Shown here: positions 1 through 12,466 of the stretch, piece after piece
How positions within the stretch are numbered: position 1 is the first letter of the stretch
Layout of the letters: each line of letters opens with the position of its first letter
NCBI GenBank assembly: GCA_965178125.1
Contig: OZ237743.1
Coordinates: 930,001-994,000, forward strand
Origin: Bilabrum cf. latius
Lineage: Eukaryota
Length of the DNA stretch: 64,000 nucleotides
Reading direction: 5' to 3'
The notes under the pieces: generated by a model
Database searches by the model: none
Told to the model about the DNA's origin: nothing
Seen by the model: only the letters and a program-made list of their open reading frames with translations
Position numbers and translations under genes: made by a program

Positions 1-935
1 CTTTGTCTTTGGCCTCCCGTACCTAGTTGGCAGCTTCAGTTGCCGCCTTGCCTACACTTGTTTTCTGCGCGGCCTCGCCTGCCTCCTTCAGCATTTCAAG
101 GACCGGTGAGGCCCCAATCATGTCAGCATAGTGCTACCAGCGGCTCTTTTCTTCCCTTGCCACAACAATGGCTGTGGTCTCAGTGTCCAGCTGCTTCGCT
201 GACTTCGAGCGCTCGTCGAAATCAGCAGGCTTTTCGACCTGGACTTCCCCAGTGAATTTGTTCCTGTACACAACGACATCCTTTTTGCCAGCCTGCTCTG
301 CGGCCTTCTTTTTCCCATCGGCGCCGTACCTTTCGAGGGCCTTCGGCGACACGGTCACAGCAATCCAAGGGTACTCCTTCTCCCGCTGTGCGCGCCTACG
401 ACCTTCCATGGTGCCCTCATCGGCGTTACCACTGGGCTCAACTCCAACTGCACCCAGCAAGACATCTTTCATGAACCCCAAAATACCTGGAGATCCCTCT
501 GCATCAACTCTGGTTCCTTCGCTCGACTTTTCAGCCTTTGGTGCTTCGTCGCTGGGAGACTCCTCAGTATCAGCAGTACCCTGCGTTCAGTATGATACAA
601 GAGTAAATATTGCCAGCTTGGCGCCCCTACTGTCCAACTGCGGCCTAGAGTGGCCACTGGCTGCAAACCAAAACGAGCCCACGATTCGTGGGAACTGTAG
701 CGCTGTATCTCACCTTTTCAGCGGAATCAGACGAGCCAAATATAGATCCCATGAATGAATCCGCCGATTTTTCGCCTGCTTCTTCCTCCTTAGGGTTCTG
801 CTTATCCCACAGAGAGGCCGAACTTGATACGCTTAGCCTCTGGTCGAGCTGGAAACGTGCAATTCGAATGCGTCCCAAACTCCGCACCCTACCAAGGGAG
901 CGCTAGCTATGCGTGAGCACTCTAAATACGCGCAT
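1..935 (-). CDS. Mitochondrial protein, probably TIM44-like import translocase subunit (5' part; runs off window start)
   Basis: ATG at 935 gives an Arg/Ser-rich presequence-like N-terminus (MRVFRVLTHSQRSLGRVRSLGRIRIARF...). Phase-0 GT-AG intron 713..581. Frame stays open to position 1 with in-frame TAGs at 903-905, 134-136 and 23-25. The segment DTETTAIVVAREEKSRWQ...SPVLEML resembles TIM44 N-domain sequences (from memory, not searched). Confidence 0.55.
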
Positions 936-1422
936 AAACGAATTTACGTCTGCTTGTGGATCTTCCAGGCTATTTAGCTGCAGTTCACGTCGTGATCGTA
1001 ATGTGACGAGTATAAATCATGATATGAAGATGAAGATGTCGCGAATTCTGGAGGTTCAACAGCTGCAGCAGGACTGCTAAGTCAAGAATCAGACTGCCTA
1101 TCGTGTACTATGCCTATCCCAACGAGTCAGCTGAGAGAAGCTCGTGAGTTTTGTCGTGAACTGCAGTCTTGATCACTAAAAGCGACAGTCTGAGCAAGTG
1201 CACCCGAGACACGTCGCTTGTCAAAACGAAGTCTACCCAGCCTGCTTTGACGTCTTAAATTTGATAACGATATAAATAAAGATTGAAGTGTCGTCCACTT
1301 AGATCAATGCGCCTGCTGAATGGGCGCTAGTTGCCGCCTTGGCTGTATTGAGCAGCAACGTGGCTGCTGCGTGGCAGTCATTCATTCAGCGGCAAGCACC
1401 ATAGTGTTCACTCTTCATCGCA

Positions 1423-1743
1423 GTGGGCGATTATTATGACACATTGGAGCCGGCCATCGACTTCGTCCTGAATCCTATCGTCGTTATGCTGCTGGCTGCG
1501 CTATTCTTGATTGGTATTGCGTACATGGGCAGCGCAGCCAGACGCGCTGATCAGGAGAAATGGCAAGAGCGGGCCAAGCAGGTGAACTTTCCTGCGGACG
1601 GCGTTCCAGAGGATAGTGATGATGACGGCGATGATTCCGAAGAGGATTCCGATGAGGAGTCGGATGAAGATGACAGCGATGGGGACAAAGAGGAGGATGA
1701 CGATGGCACTGCCGGGGTTTCCGACAAGAAGAAGAACAACTGA
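1423..1743 (+). CDS. Small single-pass membrane protein with highly acidic tail; true start unresolved
   Basis: Hydrophobic segment IVVMLLAALFLIGIAYMG, a D/E-rich tail and C-terminal KKKNN before TGA. No in-frame ATG found upstream, so a 5' exon is probably spliced in (possible acceptor CATCGCAG ending at 1423). Confidence 0.5.
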   Translation: MGDYYDTLEPAIDFVLNPIVVMLLAALFLIGIAYMGSAARRADQEKWQERAKQVNFPADGVPEDSDDDGDDSEEDSDEESDEDDSDGDKEEDDDGTAGVSDKKKNN

Positions 1744-2145
1744 TAGTTCGCGACTGCGTGTATGTTACCCATGTCTGCGGCTTCAATCTGCTGCCCAGTT
1801 GCAAGGCCTTGGCTCTGACCCTCTCGAGTCGGCCCAAGCGCCACCTCGGAGCAGAGCAGACTGCAAGAGGACGGTGCCGTTCGGGCGTGCGTAGGTGTGG
1901 TGCAGCGGGGGCTGATCCATCCGACGGGAGGTGTGTTGCTGCGTATTGACTTTTTAACTCTCAATTGTGCGATTCCAAGGCCAGCCCCACTTTCCCCACC
2001 GTTGCACGAGCCCCCACGCGTATCCCGCCCCGCTAGTCTAGCTAGATCTAGCAATCAGATCCCCAAGGCCAAGCACCCACACTACTCCACCTTCCAGCCT
2101 CCTAGGGAGTCGATTCAACCCCCCACCCCCCTCTCAGAGCTGCGA

Positions 2146-5100
2146 TCACTCCTGCTTCCCCTTGCCGGCCACCGCCCGCCCGCCGCTACCCGCTCCCCTC
2201 TGCACGCCGTCCCCGAAGAGACCCACTGTGCTGTTCACCAACAGCCCCACAGGCAGGGAAGTGGCACCCACAGCGGTGGCCCGCGCCCACTGCCCAAGGG
2301 ACAGGGGCGCAGTCCCGGTCAGCTCGCCGCCCATTTGCACCATGCTCACCAGCAGAATGATGGTCGCCGCCAGCACCCAGTGCCCCAGCGTGGACTTGTG
2401 GAAGTTCCCCAGCACGTCCACCCCGCCGTGGGGCCGCCTGGCCACCAGCAGGTTGAAGAGGTTAGCGATCACAAACACCGCGAACAGAGAGGTGGCGTGC
2501 AGCACCTTGCGCTCCTCGAAAGAGAGCCCGTCCGCCCGTGCCTGGGTCTCGCCGACGAGCAGGAATTCTGCCAGAGGGTCCCAATGCATCACTCCCACCA
2601 GCATGGCCACCTGGAAGCACGACTGCACCCCGATGCTCCTTGCCATGGGCCCCGTGAGGATGCCCCTCCTGCCCTCGGGCAGCCGGTCCAGCAGCTCCTC
2701 CGTGGGAGGCTCCGAGGCCAGGGCCAGCGCGGCCCCGCTGTCCATGAGCAGGTTGAGGAACAGCAGCGCGATGGCGTTGAAAGGGAGGGCGTCCACGGAC
2801 ACCCCGTCCTTGGCCCCGTCCCCGTCGCCGTCCTCTGCCCCCGCCCCCACCAGCCCTGCCGCTGCCAGGCACGAGAGCACCAGCGCGGCCACGTTGATGG
2901 TCAGCTGCATCACGATGAACTTGCGGACGTTGTCCAGCACGGATCGGCCCCACTTGAGCCCCAGCACCATGGACGAGATCGAGTCGTCGAGGATCTCGAT
3001 CGAGCTGGCCTCCTTGGCCAGCTCTGTTCCGCTGCCCATGGCCAGCCCCACGTTGGCGGCGTTCAGCGCCGGAGCGTCGTTGGACCCGTCGCCTGTCACG
3101 GCCACGACCTCCCCCGCCTCCCTGAGGGCCTTGACTAGCCTCTGCTTGTCCAGCGGACTCGCCCGGGCAAGCACCCTGAGCTTCCGGGCAGAGGCCTTCA
3201 CCTCGCCCGCGTCCATGCGCGCGAAATCGGGCCCACGCAGCACCACCCCTGCCTGCGCCTCCTGCCCCGCCACATCCCTTGGCACACCGTTGCTCGCGCC
3301 TCCCGCCGCGAGGTCAGCTGCAAGGCCCACCCGAGACCGAGACCCGCGGCGAGCCGCCTACCCCTTCCCGTTGCCGCCCCCGGGCCGCTCCTCGTTGGTG
3401 CCCCTATCCCCTTGCTCGTCAGGCAACTCGGGCAGCACGCCCACTTGCCTCGAGATGCTCACTGCGGTCTCGAGCATGTCTCCCGTGCACATGATGACCC
3501 GCACGCCGGCGCCCCCCAGCTTGCTCAGCGCGTCTTTGGCGTCATGCCGGGGCGGATCAACGATCCCGAGCACCCCCACCAGTACCATGTCTCGCAGGGC
3601 CGCACCGCCCTCGCCCTCGTCCTTCTCAACTCCACTGACCTCCTCCTCGTATTTGGCGACTACGAGGGCCTGCTTCCACTTGCGTGCCACTGCATCCACG
3701 CTGTCCGCCTCGTCTTCCTCAGCACCCGCGTGCCCGTTGCTGCCCGCGTGCCCCTCCTCCTGCCCACCCTCCACGGGTCCCCCGTCCGCCCCCACCCTCA
3801 CCCTAGACTGCGCGATGGCGATGGTCCGCAGGCCCCTCCTCGCCATCGAGTCCGTGGCCTTGAGGGCGGCGTCCCTGTCCGACCGGCTCATCGGTGCCTC
3901 GCTGCCGTCGGGCCGAAGCCACGAGGCGCACATGTCCACCACGCGGTCCGGCGCGCCCTTCACGAAGACGTCCGCAAAGGTGCTGCGGGGCGTGGCGCCG
4001 CCGCCCGCCGCAGTGCGCTGCACCCACGCGCTGGCCATGTACTTGCGCTATGAGGAGAAGGGCACCACGGACAGGCACTGGGAGGCCTTGCGGGCGTCGG
4101 GCGCGTCAGGCTGCCTGGGCAGGAAAGTCCTCGCCCAGAGCAGAAGCGCGCTCTCTGTCTTGTTTCCCTGCGTCTCGGCCTTCACGTCTCCCGGGGTGCT
4201 TCCGCCCTTCCGGTCCTCGTTTTTGTTCTCCTTCTCCACCCCCCGGTTGCTGCCCGAGTACCCTTCGTCTCCAGGTAGCCTCACCTCGGCGGTCGAGTTG
4301 AGCGACATGGCGCGGGACATGGCGCGGGCGGCGGGCGTGTCCTCTCCGCCGAGAGACTGTACGAGCGATGCCGGGTCCATGGCCAGCTGGCCACCCGTGT
4401 AACCTGCTTTGACGGTCATTCTCCCGGTGGTGAGCGTGCCCGTCTTGTCGCTGACCAGCACCGTGATGGCACCAAGCGTCTCAGAGGCGGCTAGTTTCCT
4501 GATGAGGTTGTTGTCTGCCAGCATGGCCTGCATGGAGAAGGACAGCGCCACGAGCACCGAGAGGGGCAGTCCCTCTGGCACGGCCACCACCACGATGGAA
4601 ATCCCCACGATGAAGGCACGCAGCACGGGCATCCAGTCCAGGCCCAGCCACTGGGACACAGGCAGCGACAGCACGCCGTTCTCCTGCGCCCACTGCCACG
4701 AGATGAGCACGAACACCAGCCCGCCGGCGGCAAACCCAAGGTACCCGATCTGGTCCGCCAGCACCGAGAGCTTGGCCTGCAGCGGCGTGTCCTCGTCGTC
4801 CTCCTCCTCCACGGCCTCGATGAGCCTGCCCATGGCAGAGTCCTCACCCACGGCCACCACGACGGCCTCCCCGCTCCCGTCCTGCACCAGAGTGCCCCCC
4901 GTGAGCGGGTATCCCGCCGTGGAGTACACCTCCTTGGACTCCCCCGTCATGAGCGCCTCATCCACGATCAGCTCACCGCGGGTCAGCTGCACGGCATCCG
5001 CAGGGACACGGTCCCCCGGCCCAAGAATGACCAGGTCGCCCACGACCAGCTCGTACGTAGAGATGCTCTGCTGGCTGCCGTCGCGGCGCACCTGCACGTT

Positions 5101-5562
5101 GTGGCCTTTCTTGATGCGGTTCAATTCGTGGAATTGCGCTTCCTGCTGCGCTTCCTGGACGGCCCCGGCGATCGAAACCAGCAAGATTGCCCCAACGATG
5201 GCGGCGCCTTGCAGCTTCTCCTCCGGCTTGTCCATCCAGAATCCGAACCCCAACGACAGCACCGCCGCGCCCACCAGAATCAGCAGCGTTGGGTCCTCAA
5301 ACGCATCGATAAAGAATGACAGGAAAGACCGCATCTCGGCTTCCTTCAGCTTGTTGCTCCCGAACAGCTCCCTGTGCTGCTCGACCCTGGATGCTCGCAG
5401 TCCCTCGACAGCGTCCGACTTCAGCGCAGAAGCAAACCCAGCCGGGCCGCCGTGCTCTTCGATGAGATCGAGGAGTGCATCCTTATCCGCGCTTGCTCGC
5501 TTGATGGCTGCCACGTCCTCCGGTTTCCACGAGCGCGCCTTCTTGTCTTCCCGTGAACTCAT
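2146..5562 (-). CDS. P-type IIB (PMCA/ACA-like) Ca2+-transporting ATPase, 1,138 aa, intronless
   Basis: Three same-frame ORF fragments joined across TAGs at 4048-4050 (PFSS*RKYMAS) and 3358-3360. Motifs TGES, AVPEGLPL, DKTGTLT, KGAPD, GIVDPPR, TGD, ARASPLDK, VAVTGDGSNDAPAL, NLLMD..AALALASEPP. Ends in TGA. Confidence 0.93.
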
Positions 5563-5998
5563 GCTAGAGCTTCAACGGAGTATTTTAGACCTGCAAAAGA
5601 CAAATAAGTCCGAAAAGATGGCACGAATCGCATCATACGCTCTTGCGAAGTCGGCAAAGCAGTGGGGATCACAACCGCGGGAGACGCACGCAAGCTGGGG
5701 TTGGGGGCCCGGCCACGACTCGATCGGGCAGCACACCGGTATTTCGGCGCACAGACTTTGTTGTGCAATGGTCTCACACAAAACCCTAGCCAGACGGGGG
5801 CGCAATATCGTATTCTCAAGGGTGGTCACATTCCAGCTGTCTCTGTGCGCAAGTCCTCGTCACATTTTTGGAGTGGCGCATGGCTCGTTGCCGTGCCGCT
5901 GCTGCCCGTCGCATGTACCAAGCAGACGCTCTGGGACAGCAAGTCGGGGATGAATGTTATATATGCGCATTAGGCACACACGAAAGTCTTCTATTCAA

Positions 5999-8200
5999 TC
6001 AGCTCAACCCGCTCCCATCGTCTGCGCCCGCCCCCGCTGCAGTCGCCTCGCTCTCCGCCTTTGCTTTGGCAGCCTCCCGCTGCTGCCTCTCCTCTGCATC
6101 TGCAATGGCAGCGGCCTGCGCGATGTCCGCGGGAATGCCAGCCATGCTACCCTCCGCTACCACCTGGGAAGCGAGGGCAGTGGCGGGCTGCATGCCAGGC
6201 ACGGGCCCTGCCCCGGAGCTGCTCGCCACAACCGCCGCGGCGGCGGGCCCCAGCTCCAGATCCACCTGCCCCATCAGCCCCGGGGCGGCGCCCACCTGTG
6301 CCGCTACCTGTCTCTGCCTTTGCCTGGCTAGATGCGCCTTCTGCTGCTGCTGCATGCGCATGGTTGCCTTGGCCACGGACTCTGACACCTCGCACTGCAC
6401 GCCAATGTAGTTAACAATGCGCCCGTCGATGCCTGCAGGGAACAAGGAAGGCGCAACAAAAGCGTCGACCAGCATGAGTGAAACATGAAAACCGAAACCG
6501 CCGGACCTCGGCCATCGAGCGCCGTGCGAAATTTCACTAAAAATAGAACGCGGGGGGACGCAGTCGATGCATTGAAAAGGAGTGTGACGGACAGGAGGCA
6601 GACAAACGAAACGATTCACGAGAGAGAGTACCTCACCGGTCAAGGGGGCGACGAAGAACGAGTTGTAGAACGGCGTGCCGTCCTTCCTGTAGTTGACCAG
6701 CGTCACGCCCACGTCCTTCCCTTGCTGAATGCCCCTGCGGATGGTCGCGATCGACTCCGGGTCCGTCTCGGGCCCCTGCAGGAAGCGGCAGTTCTTGCCG
6801 ATCACCTCCGCGGGCGAGTACCCCGTGAGCTCGTAGAACCCCCTCGAGGCGAACACGATGGGGTTGTCCGGCAGGTTTGGATCCGACACGACAAAGTTCT
6901 GCTGGGCCTGCTCAAGAGCTTGCACCAGCCGGTAGTCGCCAGAGTCGATCTTCACGGCCCGCTCGGCCTCTTCCGCCGATCTTGCCACCACCGAGGAACC
7001 GGGGGTGTGCGTGGGGGCGGGCACAGGGGCAGCGGAAGAAGAGGACGAGGAGGAGGAAGAAGACGGCCCAGCGGTCGTCTGGACCTGGGCCGGCGCTGCC
7101 TGTGGGTTCTGCAGGAAATGCTCGTAGGGCTTGCCCAGCCTGGCCTGGATGAATGACCTGAGGCCCTGGTTCTCCTCCTCGAGTGTCTCTAGGGAACACT
7201 TGAGGCTCTCCAGGAAGTACTTCTTCCTGAGCCTGCTCTTTCTCGCGTGGATCCGGTTCCTCTCTCTGCTACGGGCCAGCCTCTCAGCCGGAGATGTGGC
7301 CTTGCGGCGGGACTTGCGGGCGGGCTGCCCGTCGGCCCCGTTGCCGTCCTCGTCCTGGTCGTCGATGTCGCCAAGCTCCTCGTTGGATTTCTGCGCGGCC
7401 TCCCTCTCCGCCCGCAAGACGGCCCGCTCGGCGAACGACAGGCCCTTGGCCTCCTCAGGGTCTAGCCCTGCAGAGGCCATGGCAAGCGCGGCGGCTGCCT
7501 GCTGCTGCGGGCCGGTGGCGGTGTTGGCGTTGGTGCTAGAGGATGACGAGGATGAGGAGGAGGATGGCAGCCCGCGGGCGTCAGCCGGGGCCGTCTCTAC
7601 CGCCCGGCCCGCGCGCGAGCTGCGTCGCGATTCCCCCTACTGCGACTCGATCTCAGCTCTCGTGCGCTTCCTGCGGATGCGGCTGGACTGGCGCCCGGAG
7701 GACTCCGCGTCCGAGCCAGGGTATGAATTTCCCCCGGTCCCACCAGGTGCCGGTGGTGCGGCAACGCCAGGTGGTAGCAACGGTTGGCCTGGCAGCATCG
7801 GCTGCGACCCGTTCGCCGCAATCGGCCTTCCCGCAACAGGCGGCTACAAGCTAACTCCCATGGGCATCTAAGAAGCGCTCATTGCTGGCTACGTCATCGT
7901 GAGAGGGCGCATTGCCGCTGAACCGGCTGGAAAGCCGGAGCTGCCGCCAACCGATGAGGCCTCGTGCTGCGATCTGCCTCCCAGGTTTGGCGTGGAAGCA
8001 CCACCGTAGGATGACATGGACGCTTCGCTCTTTTGATCGTCAGGTATGTCAAACGCCATGTTATCCGGCATGAACATGTCATCGCTGAACAGCTCGTCTA
8101 CGGCCGCAGCGGCAGGCTCGTCTGCACGATTCGATGCAGGAGCGAAAACTAACCCGAACGGGGACCCCATCCCTTCACTAGACCCTGAGAATCTGTCCAT
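5999..8200 (-). CDS. Aureochrome-type blue-light receptor / transcription factor (bZIP followed by LOV)
   Basis: bZIP basic region ERLARSRERNRIHARKSRLRKK plus zipper; LOV domain with GKNCRFLQG and NYIGVQCEV. ATG 8200, in-frame TAGs at 7889, 7868, 7844 and 7637. Removing GT-AG intron 6636..6433 restores FFVAPLTG-IDGRIVNYIGVQ. Ends in TGA. Confidence 0.9.
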
Positions 8201-8398
8201 AGATACTATTTACACGAAAGATACACGGCGAATGCGGCACCGGGCTTACAACGAAGCCTGAAGGTGCGGGAAATCAAGGATCATCAAAACAATTAAAACG
8301 AACACTTTTGTGTTGAGTCTGATTTATGCATCTGACGGAAGTTGCGCCTGAAAACGTTTACGGACGGCCTGAAAACACCTCAGCCAGGTCATATCTGC

Positions 8399-9534
8399 TC
8401 ATATCTGCCAATCAATTGCATCACGCCCCGTCTCCTTCAGATACTGATTCGTCTAAGAGAAGGGTTTGGAGCCGAAAAAGCCTCTGTAGGCGGAGAGCGG
8501 GGAAGGGTGCGGCGCCAGCAGGACCTTGTGCCTGCTCTTGCTCACCCTGGCCCCCAGCACCTGCGCAGGCTTCCCCCAGAGCATCCAGACCACCCCCTTT
8601 CTCCGCTCCGCCACGTGCCTGACCACCGCCCCTGTCAACCTCTCCCACCCCTTGCCCTTGTGCGAGTGCGCCTTCGCCTTCTTGACCGTGAGCACTGTGT
8701 TCAGGAGCAGCACGCCCTGCTTGGCCCACGCCTCCAGGCAGCCGTGGGAGGGAGCCTTCGTGCCCACGTCCTCGGACACCTCCTTCAGGATGTTCCGCAA
8801 GGACGGCGGCGCCGCGACGCCCCGCTTCACGGAGAAAGCGAGGCCGTGCGCCTGCCCCGGCCCGTGGTACGGGTCCTGGCCCAGAATCACCACCTTTACC
8901 GCGGAGGGGGGGCACAGCTGGAGAGCCGAGAACGTCTCCTCGTCAGGGGGGTACACGGGGCCTGACGAGCGTTCGCTCTCGACGAATCCGGCAAGCTGCC
9001 GGAACCAGGAGGACTGCAGCTCTGCGCCGAGAGCCTCGGCCCACTCGGGGCCCATCAACGCGGCTGCCTCGGCGGCCGGACCAGCAAGAGGCTTGCCTGT
9101 TCCAGCACCAGCCCCGCCAGGTGCAGCGGATGGCTTCGAACCGAGCACGTCAGCGATCGACCTGCCCGACGAAGCTGAGGCCGCAGCGGCCGTGGAGGAC
9201 GAAGACGACGACGACGATGACGATGATGATGACGACGATGCTGCATTCCCAGACGACATACTAGAAGCAGAAGAAGCAGGCTTTGCCGAAGCAGATGAAG
9301 CAACAAGGGCCGCGGCAGGAGCACGTGCATCAACCAAATCAACCACCTCTTTCTCAGCACTGCTTGCTTGCTTCGAAGCCGGCGGAGGCGAAAAATAAGA
9401 CATTATACCACGTTTACGTTTTTGACCGGCTGCGTACACATATGATGCATTTGTCGTGTGGTATTGGACGGCGATTCAAAGGCGAGGGAGGTAGAGAATA
9501 AACGTTTCAACTCACAAGACTTTGGAGCCGACAT
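8399..9534 (-). CDS. UNG: Uracil-DNA glycosylase (family 1)
   Basis: GQDPYH, PPSL, GVLLLN and HPSPLSAYRGFFG motifs. ATG 9534 with intron 9515..9430 gives MSAPKSSGQKRKRGIMSYFSPP (PIP-box-like). TAG at 8453-8455 is followed by the conserved last helix TNQYLKETGRDAIDWQI and TGA at 8399. Confidence 0.95.
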
Positions 9535-9811
9535 ACGTAGACAATTCAGATCTCTCTCTATATATTTTTTAGTATCAAGAAAATTTGTACTACCACTCGG
9601 TAGCTTGCTTGCCAGCGCCAGCGAGCATTTTATAATTTTGCTTCTCTTCATCGTTCTCGCTTGCATGCATTCAATTCAACAATATTTAACATAGCACGAG
9701 TGGGTACCCCGGACTTCTTGTGTTGCTTGATCATGTGGCGCATTGGTGCTTTGCTCGGATTGCCGCTCGAGACATCGAAACGCGAGTGCATTGAAGTGAA
9801 GACACAAACCA

Positions 9812-11060
9812 TCACTGCTCCTGCACAGCCTTGCTGTCGCCAGCCACCACCACGAGCAAGTTTTGCGTGAGCCTAGCCCTTTCCGGGGCGGTAAATCGCA
9901 CACCCTTCTCCTCGAGCTGGTCGATTGCGTCCTTGGCGATGGACACGGCCCCCTCCACCACGAGCTGCCTGGCCTCGACCAGGGCCTCCGCCTGCTGCCT
10001 GACCAGCATCGCCTGCGCGATTTCGTTCGAGTAGTAGAGGTCAGTCAGCGCCACGTCACAGATGCGGACGCCGGCCACCGCGCTCCTGGCCTGCAGCTCG
10101 GACTTGAGCTGGTCGGAGAGGTGCTGGGCCTCGGACTTGAGGGAGGACTCCTCGGGGTCGGGCGAGTAGTACGGGTACTGCGCGCAGATCTGCTTCATTA
10201 TGGCCTATCCCTGGGCCTGAATGTACCCGCGGATGTCGGTGACGTCGAGGGCGGCCCGGAGGAGATCCTCGACACTGCGGTCGCAGTAAACTTGCGGTGG
10301 TGCATAGTACAATGTGTCGCCTGGGGTAGCAGCAGTGGGCGCAAAATACAACGGCTGTTGCTCCTCTCACTAGTAAGTAATCACACCAGATACAATAATG
10401 GGTGCGCCCTTTGCGTCCAAGCACTTGATGTTTGGCAGATCGATTACCTTCGTCTTGGTCGAGACCTTGCGCATGTCAGCACCGCACGGATTCACGATAT
10501 AAAACCCCGGCTCCGTCATGGCGCCGGTTGCCTTTCCCCAGTGCAATGCAAGCAGCCCCTCCCGTTCCTGCGATGCCGCAATTGCGAGCAAGCATGATGC
10601 TAGTGGTGACGGCGGCGCCGACGGGAAGTCCAACTTTACGAACCACCTACTAGCACTCACTTTAACGACTGTAAGCCACATGCATGGCCCGCATAGTAGC
10701 CAAGACGGCACGCATACGCTACCAAGGCAACATGAAAGCGGGTCGGGGCAGACGACAGAGGAGTTCGTTTCAATGTCGGCGTATTTCGAGGAGTCTGCGC
10801 AAAGCCAAGACGGAAAAGACGGCACGAAAGATACACGTGCAGTTTCGTATGATTGCGTGTAGATGTTACAAGGACTATTTGCTACATCTATGGCTCGTGG
10901 CACAAGCAATTGGCAACCTTCTGTACATCGAGAGGCTTCGCACGGTTCTCTCACTTGACTTGACGGCTACTCCAGGAGCTCCTTGTGGGCTAAGTGGGTT
11001 TGGCTGCCCAATAGCTGCTCCACCAGTACTTGCTGCTGCTGCTCCACCTTGCGCTGCCAT
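9812..11060 (-). CDS. SPFH/band-7 domain membrane protein (paralogue A)
   Basis: Four exons (introns 10954..10795, 10660..10568, 10370..10275, all GTGAG...CAG). Cys-rich hydrophobic segment, EPGFYIVNPCG, DAKGAPIIVSG, LTDLYYSNEIAQAMLVRQQAEA. One in-frame TAG at 10205-10207. Ends in TGA. Confidence 0.8.
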
Positions 11061-11255
11061 ACTTCGCTACCAGTGTTGTGACCAGCCGAATGCAAGTTGG
11101 GGACGGAACCTGCCGCGATCTTTCCGAGGCAACATCCTGCTGCCACCCTTGCGCACGACAAAGAAGCGCGTCCTCACTTTGCAACTTGCATGGCCTCTGC
11201 ATAGAGTCCAGTTCACGCACATAGTGGTGGATCTGTCATAAACCCAGTTCACGTC
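11061..11255. promoter_or_regulatory. Putative bidirectional promoter between the divergent SPFH paralogues
   Basis: Only 195 bp separate the two oppositely oriented ATGs. No specific element identified. Confidence 0.4.
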
Positions 11256-12332
11256 ATGGAGAAAGAGCCACTCGATCGAAGGGTTGGACCGTCCAGCGGT
11301 GCAGGAGGAGCGCCTGGCGCTATTGCGGCCCCAGGAGCGCCCGCGATCAAGGCTCGTAACGTTTTGTCAATGCAAGGCGTGAAGCGGAATGAAGGCACTT
11401 GCTGTCCTTCCACTTTGTCGTGCATCATGGGCTCTGTCTGCCCCTGCACAATGCTGTGCGCCTGCGAGACTGTTGAGCCAAACACCGGCATGGTAGTGTT
11501 GACCTTTGGCAAGCTGACAAATGTGTTGGATGAGCCTGGCCTGTACATGTTGAACCCATGGTAAGCTTTAGACGCGATTCCCGAGGAGGCTTGCTGTGCC
11601 CTTCCCGAATGACTTTGTGCGTTGAATTCTTCCTCTTGGCTGCAACCTACAGTGGAACCGAGTCGTACAAGCTATCGCTTAAGGAGCGATCTTTGGATCT
11701 CCCGAACGTTGAAGTTGCGGACGCAAAGGGTGAGGGAGGGTCGATGCCTGAGTTGCATAATCGATTGGCAAGTCTCCCCGACATTCTCGACCTGCCATCC
11801 ATCGTTTCTTCCCTAAATGTCGCGCGCAGGCTCTCCGGTAGTGCTTAGCGCCATCGTTAATTGGAAGGTAACAGACCCGGTCGCCGCTGCCCTCGAGGTG
11901 GAGAGCGTGCGGGCGTATGTGCAGGCGATGGGCATGGCGGTGCTCAAGTCCGTGGCGAGCACCTATCCGTACGAATCTGCCGATGGGCACTCTCTCAAGG
12001 GCGAGACCGTGCACATCCAGGAAGAGCTGGTGCAGGCCCTGCAGGAGCGCGTGAAGCCGGCTGGCATCACCGTGCTCCGCTTCTCTCTCACGGACCTGTC
12101 GTACTCGTCCACGGTGGCGGGAGCCCTCCTCGTCAAGCAATCCGCTGAGGCGCTCGTCCAGGCAAGGAGGCTGCTCGTGCGCGGGGCCGTGGGGATCGCG
12201 CACCAGGCGGTGGAGCGGCTCAAGTCGGACGGCACTCGCCTGACGGAGGACGAGAGGATGCGCCTGGTGACCAACCTCCTGTCCGTCGTGTGCGGAGACA
12301 GCCGGGTGCAGCCCATAATCACACTAACCTGA
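11256..12332 (+). CDS. SPFH/band-7 domain membrane protein (paralogue B)
   Basis: Three exons (introns 11561..11652 and 11730..11829). EPGLYMLNPCG, DAKGSPVVLSAIVNWKVTDP, LTDLSYSSTVAGALLVKQSAEA. Collinear with paralogue A. Ends in TGA. Confidence 0.85.
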
Positions 12333-12466
12333 GAGGCTGGTATATAGTGCATGGGCGAGTGAATGCTGTCATGCTGTGTTTGACTGTCCCTGCACTCGAG
12401 ATGCTTGAAAATTTTTGTCTTCTTTAACACTCACTCCACCCTACATGCCCACCAGCCCCATGGTCC

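Noticed and set aside
1897-5953. Long + strand ORFs (746 aa, 514 aa, 413 aa) and similar antisense ORFs elsewhere
   Set aside because: These are shadow ORFs opposite GC3-rich genes, with Ser/Pro/Arg-rich composition and no motifs.
9196-9240. (GAC/GAT)n trinucleotide run as a regulatory repeat or CRISPR-like array
   Set aside because: It encodes a poly-Ser linker in the UNG N-terminus. No repeat-spacer arrays were seen anywhere in the window.
10367-10372. TAG-TGA at the end of ORF 10370..10954 as a stop or recoded codon
   Set aside because: It is an exon/intron junction (TA|GTGAG); splicing gives TAT (Tyr).
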